DNA of 24,000 nt. Origin: Candidatus Aenigmatarchaeota archaeon. Its GTDB lineage: Archaea > Aenigmatarchaeota > Aenigmatarchaeia > GW2011-AR5 > JAHLMP01. Made by a program: the position numbers and the translations under genes. Location: positions 9,023 through 33,022 of the forward strand of contig JAGGUE010000030.1 in NCBI GenBank assembly GCA_021158665.1. Direction: 5' to 3'. Below, piece by piece: positions 7,319 to 16,007 of the stretch (position 1 is its first letter; every line of letters begins with the position of its first letter). The notes under the pieces are model-generated. The model did not search any database and was not told the DNA's origin. It saw nothing but the letters and a program-made list of their open reading frames with translations.

Positions 7319-8311
7319 TTATAAAAATTTCAATATTTGAGTTTGTGTAAAACCTAGTTTTTTATACTCTTCAACTTCTTTTATTTTATTAATGATGTCA
7401 ATAATTATGCTTACGGTTTCTTTAGGGTACCATGTGCTCATAAATGAGTTTATTTCTATTTCGATCGCAACTTTGTTGCCATTTTTTATTATCTCTTTTT
7501 TCGGTCCTATTGCACTCTCTGCTGAAAAAATTTTTTCCAATGTAATGGACGGTTTTGGCATATTTCTGAGCGCTGATTTGCACGCAACCAAAAAATTATT
7601 CTTCGTTGCCTCGTTTTTTAACTTATTATAAATTTTTGAGTCCGCATATTGCTTAATGATTTTTACGGCATCCCTTTTTTCTGTTTCGAAAAAATCTTTC
7701 AATTCAAATGTTCTTAATTCTTCCATATATGTCACGTTCTTAAAATTATTTTCTATCTTAGAAAAAAAATCTTTATTCGAATCGTTTACATCATCAACTA
7801 TTTTTTTAAGCACATCTCTTCTTATTCCGCAATCATTAAATGTGATTAAGTCCATCACGCTTGGATAATTTTTTATTAATGCATATTCTCTGTGAAGAAA
7901 TATAATTAAATCTCCAGAAGCTCTTATATACGACCACAACGCTTTATAAATTCTCAGCCTTTCATAATAGTCTTTTTTATTGCTCGTTACAAATGCGTAT
8001 TTATTTTTATATTGTCTTACATCAGAACCGTTCGTTCGATTTATAAATTTTGGATACATATCAATCGCCATATCTATTGGCGGAACATCTCTATTAAAAT
8101 CGATACCCGTTATTTTATTTCTCGGTATAGTAGAAAGAATCAACGTGCCACCCATGCTTTCATAACACATACCCCCCATTATATCTGTATAATCATCTCT
8201 CGATGAAATGGTTTTCATCATCGGCCCGGTGTGAAGACAAACCCAAACCGGGCCGTAACCATTTTTATAAACTATAAAACCGTCATGAATTTCGGGTTGC
8301 ATGTTGGTCAC
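7319..8311 (-). CDS. Hypothetical hydrolase, N-formylglutamate amidohydrolase (FGase)-like N-terminal region plus an unknown C-terminal ~150 aa
   Basis: The order of motifs resembles the FGase family: CLHTGP, then SRDDYTD, then STIPRNKITGIDFNRD (compare SR..D.NR), then YYERL..GDLIIFLH, then IEIEIN (compare QiEi). This is recognised from memory and not searched. Start options are the GTG at 8311 or the ATG at 8302. Confidence 0.4.
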   Translation of the reverse strand: MTNMQPEIHDGFIVYKNGYGPVWVCLHTGPMMKTISSRDDYTDIMGGMCYESMGGTLILSTIPRNKITGIDFNRDVPPIDMAIDMYPKFINRTNGSDVRQYKNKYAFVTSNKKDYYERLRIYKALWSYIRASGDLIIFLHREYALIKNYPSVMDLITFNDCGIRRDVLKKIVDDVNDSNKDFFSKIENNFKNVTYMEELRTFELKDFFETEKRDAVKIIKQYADSKIYNKLKNEATKNNFLVACKSALRNMPKPSITLEKIFSAESAIGPKKEIIKNGNKVAIEIEINSFMSTWYPKETVSIIIDIINKIKEVEEYKKLGFTQTQILKFL

Positions 8312-8375
8312 GAATTTATGTCTTGCCGTTTACTTACATTTAAATTTGTATATCTAATAATAAAAATTGTGTTTG

Positions 8376-8502
8376 GGGGTTGTAGTGTAGTCAAATGTGT
8401 CTATAAAGGTCTAGCACATCGATGAGCTAAAAGCTGGCTCCAGCTCAAGATGGAGCGGTGAGATGAAACCAGCCGACTCCGGTTCGAATCCGGACAACCC
8501 CA
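8376..8502 (+). tRNA. tRNA-Trp (anticodon CCA) gene interrupted by about 53 nt of intervening sequence (canonical-position intron plus extra D-arm-side insertions)
   Basis: The acceptor stem is GGGGTTG (8376-8382) paired with CAACCCC (8495-8501), with discriminator A at 8502. The T arm is TCCGG-TTCGAAT-CCGGA (8478-8494). The anticodon stem is GCTGG (8433-8437) paired with CCAGC (8469-8473), with loop start CTCCAG and anticodon CCA at 8440-8442. About 24 nt (8444-8467) lie between position 37 and position 38. The region from U8 to the anticodon stem is 50 nt instead of about 19. A D stem of GTGT (8385-8388) paired with GCAC (8414-8417) is possible. Exact splice junctions are not resolved. Confidence 0.7.
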
Positions 8503-8562
8503 CTTTATAATTATAAAAGAGTGTGTCTAAACAATTTTAAGGTTAAAGAGTAAAATTAATTC

Positions 8563-10221
8563 ATGTACGTTATAGAAAAATTTTATAAGGAGTGTGAAGA
8601 TATTGTAAAAAAAGTTGTGAAAAAAACCGAAAAAAAAATTAAATTTGAAATACCGCCAAGAGAAATAGATGCCGATTTATCGTTGCCATGCTTTACTTTA
8701 AGCAATAATCCAAACGAGTTGGCAAAGAAAATCGAAAAACAAAAATTATCAAAAAATTCTTTGATAGGGTCTATTGATGCTGACGGTCCTTATATAAATT
8801 TTAGCATCAATCGGGATGTATTTCCTTCTTTGGCTTTAAAGGAGATTTTAAATAAAAAAGAAAAATACGGATCAAGACCAAAAAACAACAAAAAGATTTT
8901 GATAGACTTTTCCTCACCAAACATCGCAAAGCCCATGAGCGTTGGCCATTTGCGCAGCACTATAATCGGAAAGTCTTTGTATAATATTTTTGAATTTCTC
9001 GGTTACGAATGCATAGGAGATAATCACCTGGGTGATTGGGGCACTCAGTTTGGAAAATTAATATGCGCCTATAAGAGATGGGGAAATATGACCGAACTGA
9101 AAAATAACCCCATTAGATATCTAAATAACTTATATGTCAAATTTCATGAGAAAGCAAAAACAAACCCAAAACTAAATGATGAAGCAAAATTGTATTTTAA
9201 AAAACTGGAAAACGGGGAAAAAAATATCGTGGAATTGTGGAAATTATTTAGCAAATTAAGCATGGAAGATTTTCAGAAAATATATGACATGTTTGACATA
9301 AAATTCGATTTAAAGCTCGGTGAAAGTTTCTATTATAAAAAAGCTAAAGATATGGTCAAAACATTATTAGATTCTAAAATTGCCTTATTGAGTGACGATG
9401 CAATAATAATTCCTCTCGCAAATTTACCGCCGTTATTAATACAGAAATCGGATGAAACTACATTGTATGCTACGAGAGACTTGGCGGCAATTGATTATAG
9501 AAATAAAAAATTCAAACCAGAAAAAATATTGTATGTTGTCGGTTCTGACCAAAGTTTATATTTTAAACAATTGTTCAGTGCCGCAAAATTATTGGGCTAT
9601 CCGGAAAATTTTGTTCATGTCAATTTTGGTATGGTGTTGCTTGAGAAAAAAATGTCAACGAGGTCTGGACGGGTTGTCTTTTTAGAAGATTTAATAAATA
9701 AGTCAATAAAAATTGCCAGACGTATCGTGGAGGAGAAGAATCCAAAACTAATGAAAAAAGATGAGATTTCTCAACAAATTGGTTTGGGTGCAATAATATT
9801 CAATGACCTTAAGCAGGATAGAATAAAAGACATCAGATTTGATTGGAAAAAAATGTTAAGTTTTGAGGGGGATTCGTGCCCTTATATTCAATATGCTTAT
9901 GTGAGGGCGCTGTCCATACTAAAAAAGGCAAAAACAATTAAATACAAAAAACCGAAATTCAAAACCAAAAAAGAAATAGAATTGATGAAAAAACTTTCGG
10001 AATTCCCAACGGTTATTGAAAAGAGCGCTGAACAATATAAACCTCATTTTATTGCGCAATACTTATTGGAAGTGGCCACAGAATTTAACGAGTTTTATTC
10101 TTCTGAAAGAGTTTTGGGCTCTGAAAGAGAAAAAGAAAGATTATTGCTTGTCTATGCGGTCAGCATAATTTTAAAAAACGGCTTGAATTTATTAAATATA
10201 AAAACTCCGAACGAAATGTAA
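8563..10221 (+). CDS. argS: Arginine--tRNA ligase (class I)
   Basis: The supporting sequence is SSPNIAKPMSVGHLRSTIIG (HIGH-type), HLGDWGTQFGKL, the MSTRSG (KMSKS-like) motif and a C-terminal anticodon-binding DALR-type region. The 552-aa length fits ArgRS. Confidence 0.95.
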   Translation: MYVIEKFYKECEDIVKKVVKKTEKKIKFEIPPREIDADLSLPCFTLSNNPNELAKKIEKQKLSKNSLIGSIDADGPYINFSINRDVFPSLALKEILNKKEKYGSRPKNNKKILIDFSSPNIAKPMSVGHLRSTIIGKSLYNIFEFLGYECIGDNHLGDWGTQFGKLICAYKRWGNMTELKNNPIRYLNNLYVKFHEKAKTNPKLNDEAKLYFKKLENGEKNIVELWKLFSKLSMEDFQKIYDMFDIKFDLKLGESFYYKKAKDMVKTLLDSKIALLSDDAIIIPLANLPPLLIQKSDETTLYATRDLAAIDYRNKKFKPEKILYVVGSDQSLYFKQLFSAAKLLGYPENFVHVNFGMVLLEKKMSTRSGRVVFLEDLINKSIKIARRIVEEKNPKLMKKDEISQQIGLGAIIFNDLKQDRIKDIRFDWKKMLSFEGDSCPYIQYAYVRALSILKKAKTIKYKKPKFKTKKEIELMKKLSEFPTVIEKSAEQYKPHFIAQYLLEVATEFNEFYSSERVLGSEREKERLLLVYAVSIILKNGLNLLNIKTPNEM

Positions 10222-10339
10222 AAATACCGTTCTTAATCTTCATACTTGACCGGCGGGTCTCGCATATTGCATCCAATCTACAATTTAATGCACCGACGCA
10301 TAATCAACGGCGGTAAAATTCATGTAAACTTATCGAGAT

Positions 10340-10810
10340 TTATCTTTTAGGTATTTCAACGACAGATAATGCATTTATATATTTTTCAAGCCTTTTTATC
10401 TCACTTTCCAATATTTTAATCGTTCCCATGATTTTGCTGTCTTTAAGTTTTTTGTATTTTTCAAATTCCAGAAGTGCGCTTGCAATGCTTTTCTGTATTT
10501 TTAAGAATATCACATTTTTCAGGGCATTCACCATGTCTCCGTCAAGTTTTATATAAAGTTTTCTGTCCCTGCTTTTTTTCACCCTTTTTATTACGCCAAA
10601 AAATTCAAGCAAATCCAGACTCAATGATATGGACGCCAGAGAGTAGCGCGTTTTTTTACTTATCTCTTCCAGAGACAGAGGTTTGTTTTCAACAAGCAGG
10701 GTGCTTATTATCCTTCCGTGTATGTCCGAATAACCTATTGATGAGGTTATATTTGCAAATAATGAATGAATTTTTTCTTCAACTTCAGATTTTTTCTGAG
10801 CGCTTGCCAT
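10340..10810 (-). CDS. Winged helix-turn-helix transcriptional regulator (GbsR/COG1510-like)
   Basis: The segment HGRIISTLLVENKPLSLEEISKKTRYSLASISLSLDLLEFFGVIKRVKKSRDRKLYIKL fits the wHTH layout of the GbsR/MarR-type families, and a coiled-coil-like tail follows. The gene is divergent from the radical SAM gene. Confidence 0.6.
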   Translation of the reverse strand: MASAQKKSEVEEKIHSLFANITSSIGYSDIHGRIISTLLVENKPLSLEEISKKTRYSLASISLSLDLLEFFGVIKRVKKSRDRKLYIKLDGDMVNALKNVIFLKIQKSIASALLEFEKYKKLKDSKIMGTIKILESEIKRLEKYINALSVVEIPKR

Positions 10811-10863
10811 TAAAAATTATTTCTCGCTTAAACTTTTTAAACTTTTAAAAAATAATAAAAGTT
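10811..10863. promoter_or_regulatory. Divergent promoter/operator region between the wHTH regulator and the radical SAM gene
   Basis: This is a 53-nt AT-rich spacer that contains a tandem 9-mer, TAAACTTTT x2, at 10829-10846. No SD precedes the radical SAM ATG at 10864, so the transcript may be leaderless. Confidence 0.3.
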
Positions 10864-12456
10864 ATGGATAACATAATTCGCAAGACAAAATCCATTTGCC
10901 CTGAGTGCAACAAGATTCTCGACGCCACCGTATTTGAGAGAGACGGAAAGGTTATGATAAGCAAGGAGTGTCCGGAACACGGAAGATTCGAAGAGGTTTA
11001 TTGGGGCTCTTATGAGATGTATAAAAAAGCAGAAAAATTTTGGCACGACGGAAAGGGGACGAAGAACCCGAACGCGCCGGGCGGTCTTTGCCCGTTCTCA
11101 TGCGGTCTTTGCCCTGCCCACAAAAGCCATACGGCGCTGCTTAACATAGTCGTTACGAACCGATGCGACCTGCAGTGCTGGTATTGCTTCTTTTATTCAA
11201 AAAAAGCCGGTTATGTTTATGAGCCGACATTGGAACAGATAAGAGAGATGCTCAGAACGGCAAAGCGGGAAAAGCCAGTCCCGGCGAATGCGGTGCAAAT
11301 AACCGGAGGCGAGCCGACACTAAGAGATGATTTGCTCGACATAATAAAAATGGCAAAAGAGGAGGGCTATGCGCATGTTCAATTGAATACAAATGGCATA
11401 AGATTATCGCAGGATTTAGAGCTTGCCAAAAAAATCAAAGAAGCGGGCGTCAATACACTGTATCTCAGCTTTGATGGCGTAACGCCAAAAACCAATCCAA
11501 AAAATCATTACGAACTACCGAATGCCGTTGAGAACTGCAGAAAAGCGGGGATAGGAATAGTGCTTGTTCCAACCCTTATAAATACCGTGAATGACCATGA
11601 AATCGGCGACATGATAAGATTCGGCATGGAAAATATTGACATTGTAAGGGGTGTGAACTTCCAGCCAATTTCGCTCGTCGGAAGGACCCCGAAACGGGAA
11701 AGAGAAAAATTCAGAATTACGATACCCGATGCCATCAGGAAAATCGAAGAACAGACAAACGGAGAAATCTCAAAAGACGACTTTTACACGATACCGAGTG
11801 TAGTACCGATTACGCATCTTGTAGAAGCAATCAAGCAGAAACCGCAATATGAATTTTCATGTTCTCCGTTTTGCGGAATGGCAACGTATGTGTTCAAGCG
11901 GGATGACGGAAAGATAATTCCCATAACGAGGTTTGTGGATGTTGACGGGTTCTTGGAATACATCCAGTGCATGGCAGATGAAATTAACAATTCAAGAATA
12001 AAACAAATTAAAAAATGGTATGTATTGCTAAAGGCCGCAAAAAATATCGGAAAATTTATAGACGAAGAAAAACAGCCAAAGGGATTGGACCTGAAGAAAA
12101 TTTTGATTAACATAGCAAAGCGCGGCGGAGATTATAACTCATTGGGAAAATTTCATGTAAAGTCCATGCTTATAGGAATGATGCACTTTCAGGACAAGTT
12201 CAATTATGATATACAAAGGGTTGAAAGATGTATAATACATTATGCAACGCCGGACAGAAAAATAATCCCGTTCTGCGCTTTCAATGTTCTTCCAGAGATT
12301 TATCGCGACAAGATACAGCAAGAATACGGTATTTCCATAGACGAGTGGGAAAAGAAAACCGGAAAGAAATTAGAGGACGACGTATATAAAAGAGATACAG
12401 AAAAATTAAAATCAAGCCCCAATTATCACGAAATTTATAAAAACTTCGTGAAATAA
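10864..12456 (+). CDS. Radical SAM enzyme, MJ0619-type (class D methylase-like / tetraether lipid synthase Tes, GDGT-MAS family)
   Basis: The N-terminal zinc ribbon/rubredoxin-like segment is CPECNKIL...CPEHG. An auxiliary CPFSCGLCPAH (Cx3Cx2C) follows. The canonical radical SAM motif is NRCDLQCWYC, followed by ITGGEPTLR. The ~530-aa size and the C-terminal Cys residues also fit. The radical SAM assignment is solid. The Tes family assignment is from memory of the family architecture. Confidence 0.75.
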   Translation: MDNIIRKTKSICPECNKILDATVFERDGKVMISKECPEHGRFEEVYWGSYEMYKKAEKFWHDGKGTKNPNAPGGLCPFSCGLCPAHKSHTALLNIVVTNRCDLQCWYCFFYSKKAGYVYEPTLEQIREMLRTAKREKPVPANAVQITGGEPTLRDDLLDIIKMAKEEGYAHVQLNTNGIRLSQDLELAKKIKEAGVNTLYLSFDGVTPKTNPKNHYELPNAVENCRKAGIGIVLVPTLINTVNDHEIGDMIRFGMENIDIVRGVNFQPISLVGRTPKREREKFRITIPDAIRKIEEQTNGEISKDDFYTIPSVVPITHLVEAIKQKPQYEFSCSPFCGMATYVFKRDDGKIIPITRFVDVDGFLEYIQCMADEINNSRIKQIKKWYVLLKAAKNIGKFIDEEKQPKGLDLKKILINIAKRGGDYNSLGKFHVKSMLIGMMHFQDKFNYDIQRVERCIIHYATPDRKIIPFCAFNVLPEIYRDKIQQEYGISIDEWEKKTGKKLEDDVYKRDTEKLKSSPNYHEIYKNFVK

Positions 12457-12547
12457 TTTTGTTTTCATTGCAAAGAATTTTGAAAAAGACGCCACAATTT
12501 AGATGGTGCGGTCACTCGTTTAAAAATTTAGAATTCTTATTTTTATC

Positions 12548-13960
12548 ATGACCAAAAAAATTACGGTGATTTTGCTCTCGCTCTTTATCGCGGGCTTGTC
12601 ATTAAGGCTTTACCAGCCTCTCTCAACTGGCCATATAGTCGGGGTTGACGGATATTATCATATACATATTGCAGATTTGTATAAACAAGGAATAATGCCA
12701 TTGTCATCATACCCGCCGGGAATTCATATAACGCTGTTTTTGTTCAATTTCCTGACTGGAATCGGCATGGAGTTCTCCGCGATTCTGCTTTCCTCGTTTT
12801 TTTCGGCAATTGCAGTCATTGCCGCTTTTTTGTTAACGAAAACAGAATTTGGCGGCAAAGCTGGTTTATATGCCGCCATGTTCGTTTCATTATCATCGGC
12901 TATGATAGTTTACGGGTCAAGGGTAAAGAATTTGAATTTCGTTTTGCCGATTCTCCTTTTTGGCTTGCTGCTGAATGCCAAAAACAAGACAATTCCCTTT
13001 ATAGCAACGTTTTCGATTCTCATCCTGTTTTCGCCATTTGACGCATGTCTGCTCGCGATATTCTCAATGCTCTATAATTTTCTGGACTCAAAAACTTGCA
13101 GACATAAACTCATGACAACAAAGTTCTCACTTTATGTTATTCTTTTGATATCGGCCGTTTTTATTGCCTCTTTTTATGTGAATGGTTCGATAATAAGTCT
13201 TTATTTTACAAAAGCGATTCCAGAGGGTATGAACGAAATTCTTTTCTACACGCCAAGCGCTTCAGAGTTGTTGACTTTTTTAAGCCCGATAATGTTAGCG
13301 TTCGGCATTATTGGAATCTTTTATTCGGTGAAAAAAAGAAAATTCATTTCTTTGATAATCCTTTTATCAATTTTGCTGATTATATTCCCGCTTCGCATAA
13401 TTGAGACCGACAGATGCTATGTTTACATAACCGCATTTTTATCCATCTTTTCCGGTTATGGCCTTTTCAAGTTTATGGATTTTGTCGGCAAGACGAGATT
13501 CTCAATAATTACTCAAGCGACAACCATTATAATTATTTTAATGTCGAGCGGTTTCCTGATATCAGAGGGTCTGAAATATAATAACTGGGGAATAATGAAT
13601 GAAAAGAGGTATGACATGTTCAGCTGGCTCAGATACAATACGCCGCAAAACTCCGTTGTTCTTGGGACAATAACAGAAAGTAATTGGATTTCTGGGATTG
13701 GTTCAAGAAAACCCATGGCCGATTCGAATCTCATAGCAGAACCAAGTTTGACACAACACTTTAATGACATATACACAATATATACGACCGAAAACCAAAG
13801 TTTACGCAAAGAATTATTAAACAGATACGATATTTCATATATTATTATTTCGGACAAAACGTACTGGAGATTTGGCGATGTCAGAAATAATTTCAACGCA
13901 ATGGATTTCGAATTGGTTTACAGAAATGAGCCGTATGAGATTTTCAGGTATAAAAGATAA
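12548..13960 (+). CDS. Polytopic membrane protein, GT-C-fold glycosyltransferase-like (STT3/AglB- or ArnT/PMT-like), function uncertain
   Basis: The protein has about 10 or more hydrophobic segments followed by a soluble C-terminal domain of about 120 aa. The first loop has VGVDGYYHIH, reminiscent of the acidic first-loop motif of oligosaccharyltransferases. There is no WWDYG; SNWISGIG occupies the equivalent position. Confidence 0.45.
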   Translation: MTKKITVILLSLFIAGLSLRLYQPLSTGHIVGVDGYYHIHIADLYKQGIMPLSSYPPGIHITLFLFNFLTGIGMEFSAILLSSFFSAIAVIAAFLLTKTEFGGKAGLYAAMFVSLSSAMIVYGSRVKNLNFVLPILLFGLLLNAKNKTIPFIATFSILILFSPFDACLLAIFSMLYNFLDSKTCRHKLMTTKFSLYVILLISAVFIASFYVNGSIISLYFTKAIPEGMNEILFYTPSASELLTFLSPIMLAFGIIGIFYSVKKRKFISLIILLSILLIIFPLRIIETDRCYVYITAFLSIFSGYGLFKFMDFVGKTRFSIITQATTIIIILMSSGFLISEGLKYNNWGIMNEKRYDMFSWLRYNTPQNSVVLGTITESNWISGIGSRKPMADSNLIAEPSLTQHFNDIYTIYTTENQSLRKELLNRYDISYIIISDKTYWRFGDVRNNFNAMDFELVYRNEPYEIFRYKR

Positions 13961-14095
13961 CGCCGACAAATACCTAAAATAATAAAAAAAGAAGAGATGC
14001 GGCACCGCCTCTATAATTTTGAACAGAACGTTTCCAATAATTACAGAAGAAGATTTGTTCTACCATTCTGCCATAATTGAACGTCAGTGACCCGA

Positions 14096-15835
14096 TTAAA
14101 TCAGTCCCTTTATTTTTCCGATCTCTTCGAGCAACTTCTTTTCGTCTCCAGTCAATATTTTTTCAAATCGTTTTAACATGTCATAATCGCGCTGATTCAC
14201 GTTCGTATATAATACATCATTTTCAAAGAGGTTTTTGCCAAAGACCGCATCTGAAATCGAGACCGCGACCTTTTCCCCGCTTTTTGCCTGCTCAATATTC
14301 CTTCCTTCTGACTGAATTTGTTTTATTTTGCCCAAATCTTCTATTTTTTCCCCTTTAATTTTAAAGAGTCCGAAAGACGGTTTGATAACGCCGCCGGTCA
14401 CAAGGCACCCGACTATCGCCGGCTTGCTTGCTCTGAACATGCATCCAGGAAGGACGGTGATTTTTCCGGGCATGGTTACATCTTTCAGCCTTTCTTTTTC
14501 GATTTCCGCTTCTTTTCTCTCCCTCCAGTTTTTATATTTGTCCATCAATTCGTATATTACATCCGATGAAATTATTTTTATCTTCTTTTCTTTTGCGAGT
14601 TTCTCTACATCCTCGCCGGGTTTTATGTTGAAGCATATTATAACTTTTAATAATTCATCTTCGTTTATTTCCGCATTTATTATATCCGTTTTTGTAACAT
14701 CGCCGATGTTACCGTATTTTATTTTTAAGTTCCCGAAGATATTTTTTAGCGCATCAAGACCGCCGAGGGTGTCGGCCTTCAGTATAATACCCTCTCCCCC
14801 TTTTTTACATAATTTTTCCTTTAAAGTCATCTCGCTTTTTATTTTTTCCGCATCTTCTATCGTTTTGACTACCCTGAAATCGGAGCCGGCGACAACATCT
14901 TCCAGGCCGGGCCCGACTATCTTGACGCCGCATGATGCCGTGACGAAGTCAACATATTCAAATTTCTTTTCTGTGCGCAAGTCTTGTAAATGTCTTGGAA
15001 CGAGAAGTGCCTTTATTTTTGTTATTATCGGTTTCTCACCAGAAATTACAATATAGTCACCCTTTTCTATTTTACCGTCACATACTATCGTGTCAATTGT
15101 CGTGCCGAGCCCTTTGACATGTTTAACCTCCAATACAATTCCCCGGCATTTGTTAGTTATCCTCAGATTCATAAATTTTTCTGCGAGACCCGTTATCACA
15201 AAGAGCAACTCCGGGATTCCCTCTCCGGTTTTCGCACTTACGGGGACGACGGCTATCTCCTTTGAGAAATCTCTTATCCTGTCGAATCTGTCCGCCCTGA
15301 AACCATAATCTTCAAGTTTATTTACAATTTCGTAGAACCTCTGCTCGAACTTCGCTTTAACATTTTCATCCTGAATTTCAAAATTTTCAATAAAGTTTTT
15401 TGACTCATTTTTCCACCCAAAAATCTTATCTATTTTATTTAACGCGAGAACAAACGGGGTTCTGGTCTTTTTGAGAATTTCTATTGATTCGATTGTTTGC
15501 GGCATGAACCCCTCATTTATGTCGATTAATAGAACGGCTATGTCTGCGACGTTACTTCCCCTCTCTCTCATCGCCGTAAATGCCTCGTGACCAGGGGTGT
15601 CTATAAACAGCAACCCCTGGAGAACCGGTTCGATGTCAAATTTCTCGAATATCTTCTTGCATATATCTTTTACAATGCTCATCGGCAAAAATGTCGAGCC
15701 TATGGACTGCGTTATTCTCCCCCTCTCCGTCATGGCAATTTTCGTATTTCTTATTTTATCCAATAATGTTGTCTTGCCATGGTCCACGTGAGCAAGCACA
15801 ACTATAACTGGCGAGCGGTACATAACTATCACCAT
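14096..15835 (-). CDS. infB: Translation initiation factor aIF5B (IF2-type GTPase)
   Basis: The supporting sequence is VLAHVDHGKTTLLDKIR (G1), FIDTPGHEAF (G3) and LNKID (G4), in the four-domain aIF5B layout. The likely true start is the ATG at 15823 (MYRSPV), preceded by GGTGAT 4 nt upstream; the track start is at 15835. Confidence 0.95.
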   Translation of the reverse strand: MVIVMYRSPVIVVLAHVDHGKTTLLDKIRNTKIAMTERGRITQSIGSTFLPMSIVKDICKKIFEKFDIEPVLQGLLFIDTPGHEAFTAMRERGSNVADIAVLLIDINEGFMPQTIESIEILKKTRTPFVLALNKIDKIFGWKNESKNFIENFEIQDENVKAKFEQRFYEIVNKLEDYGFRADRFDRIRDFSKEIAVVPVSAKTGEGIPELLFVITGLAEKFMNLRITNKCRGIVLEVKHVKGLGTTIDTIVCDGKIEKGDYIVISGEKPIITKIKALLVPRHLQDLRTEKKFEYVDFVTASCGVKIVGPGLEDVVAGSDFRVVKTIEDAEKIKSEMTLKEKLCKKGGEGIILKADTLGGLDALKNIFGNLKIKYGNIGDVTKTDIINAEINEDELLKVIICFNIKPGEDVEKLAKEKKIKIISSDVIYELMDKYKNWRERKEAEIEKERLKDVTMPGKITVLPGCMFRASKPAIVGCLVTGGVIKPSFGLFKIKGEKIEDLGKIKQIQSEGRNIEQAKSGEKVAVSISDAVFGKNLFENDVLYTNVNQRDYDMLKRFEKILTGDEKKLLEEIGKIKGLI

Positions 15836-16007
15836 ATCATTTTCTATTTGAAAAAATGATCAAAAATTTGGGTTCGCATGCTTGTAAAATGCCCAACCTC
15901 GTCTATAACTATTTCAATGAGAGATAGATTTTTATAATTACCAAAAGACCGAGAAGACCGCCATTTCAATTGGTTGCAGTTTATTGCTAAAAAATCGTTC
16001 AAAATGT

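Noticed and set aside
8419-8467. C/D-box sRNA inside the tRNA-Trp intervening sequences (as in haloarchaeal/euryarchaeal tRNA-Trp introns)
   Set aside because: GATGAG (8421-8426) and AGATGAA (8461-8467) loosely resemble C/C' boxes. No CUGA D box is present, and the segments are too short for a guide RNA.
10222-10339. Possible small ncRNA in the 118-nt convergent gap between argS and the wHTH gene
   Set aside because: The gap is somewhat GC-richer than its surroundings. It has small hairpins (GACC-GGCG-GGTC and CCGACG...CGGCGG). I could not find an extended, convincing secondary structure or known RNA motifs, so it is probably just terminator/3' UTR space.
12548-13960. Bona fide AglB/STT3 oligosaccharyltransferase
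   Set aside because: The first-loop DGYYH motif is suggestive. However, the invariant WWDYG motif is absent (SNWISGIG in its place), and 470 aa is shorter than known AglB proteins. It is therefore kept as generic GT-C-like.
13961-14095. Hairpin AGAG-ATGCGG-CA-CCGC-CTCT and GAACA/TGTTC pairing in the convergent gap after the GT-C-like gene
   Set aside because: The stems are short and imperfect. They are compatible with incidental structure or 3'-end formation, which is not enough to call a feature.
14328-15056. 242-aa + strand ORF (and neighbours 14077-14358, 14318-14569, 14990-15308)
   Set aside because: These ORFs are antisense to infB, whose GTPase motifs are unambiguous. The translations are Ser/Phe/Ile-rich with no recognisable motifs. 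Such shadows are typical in AT-rich genomes.
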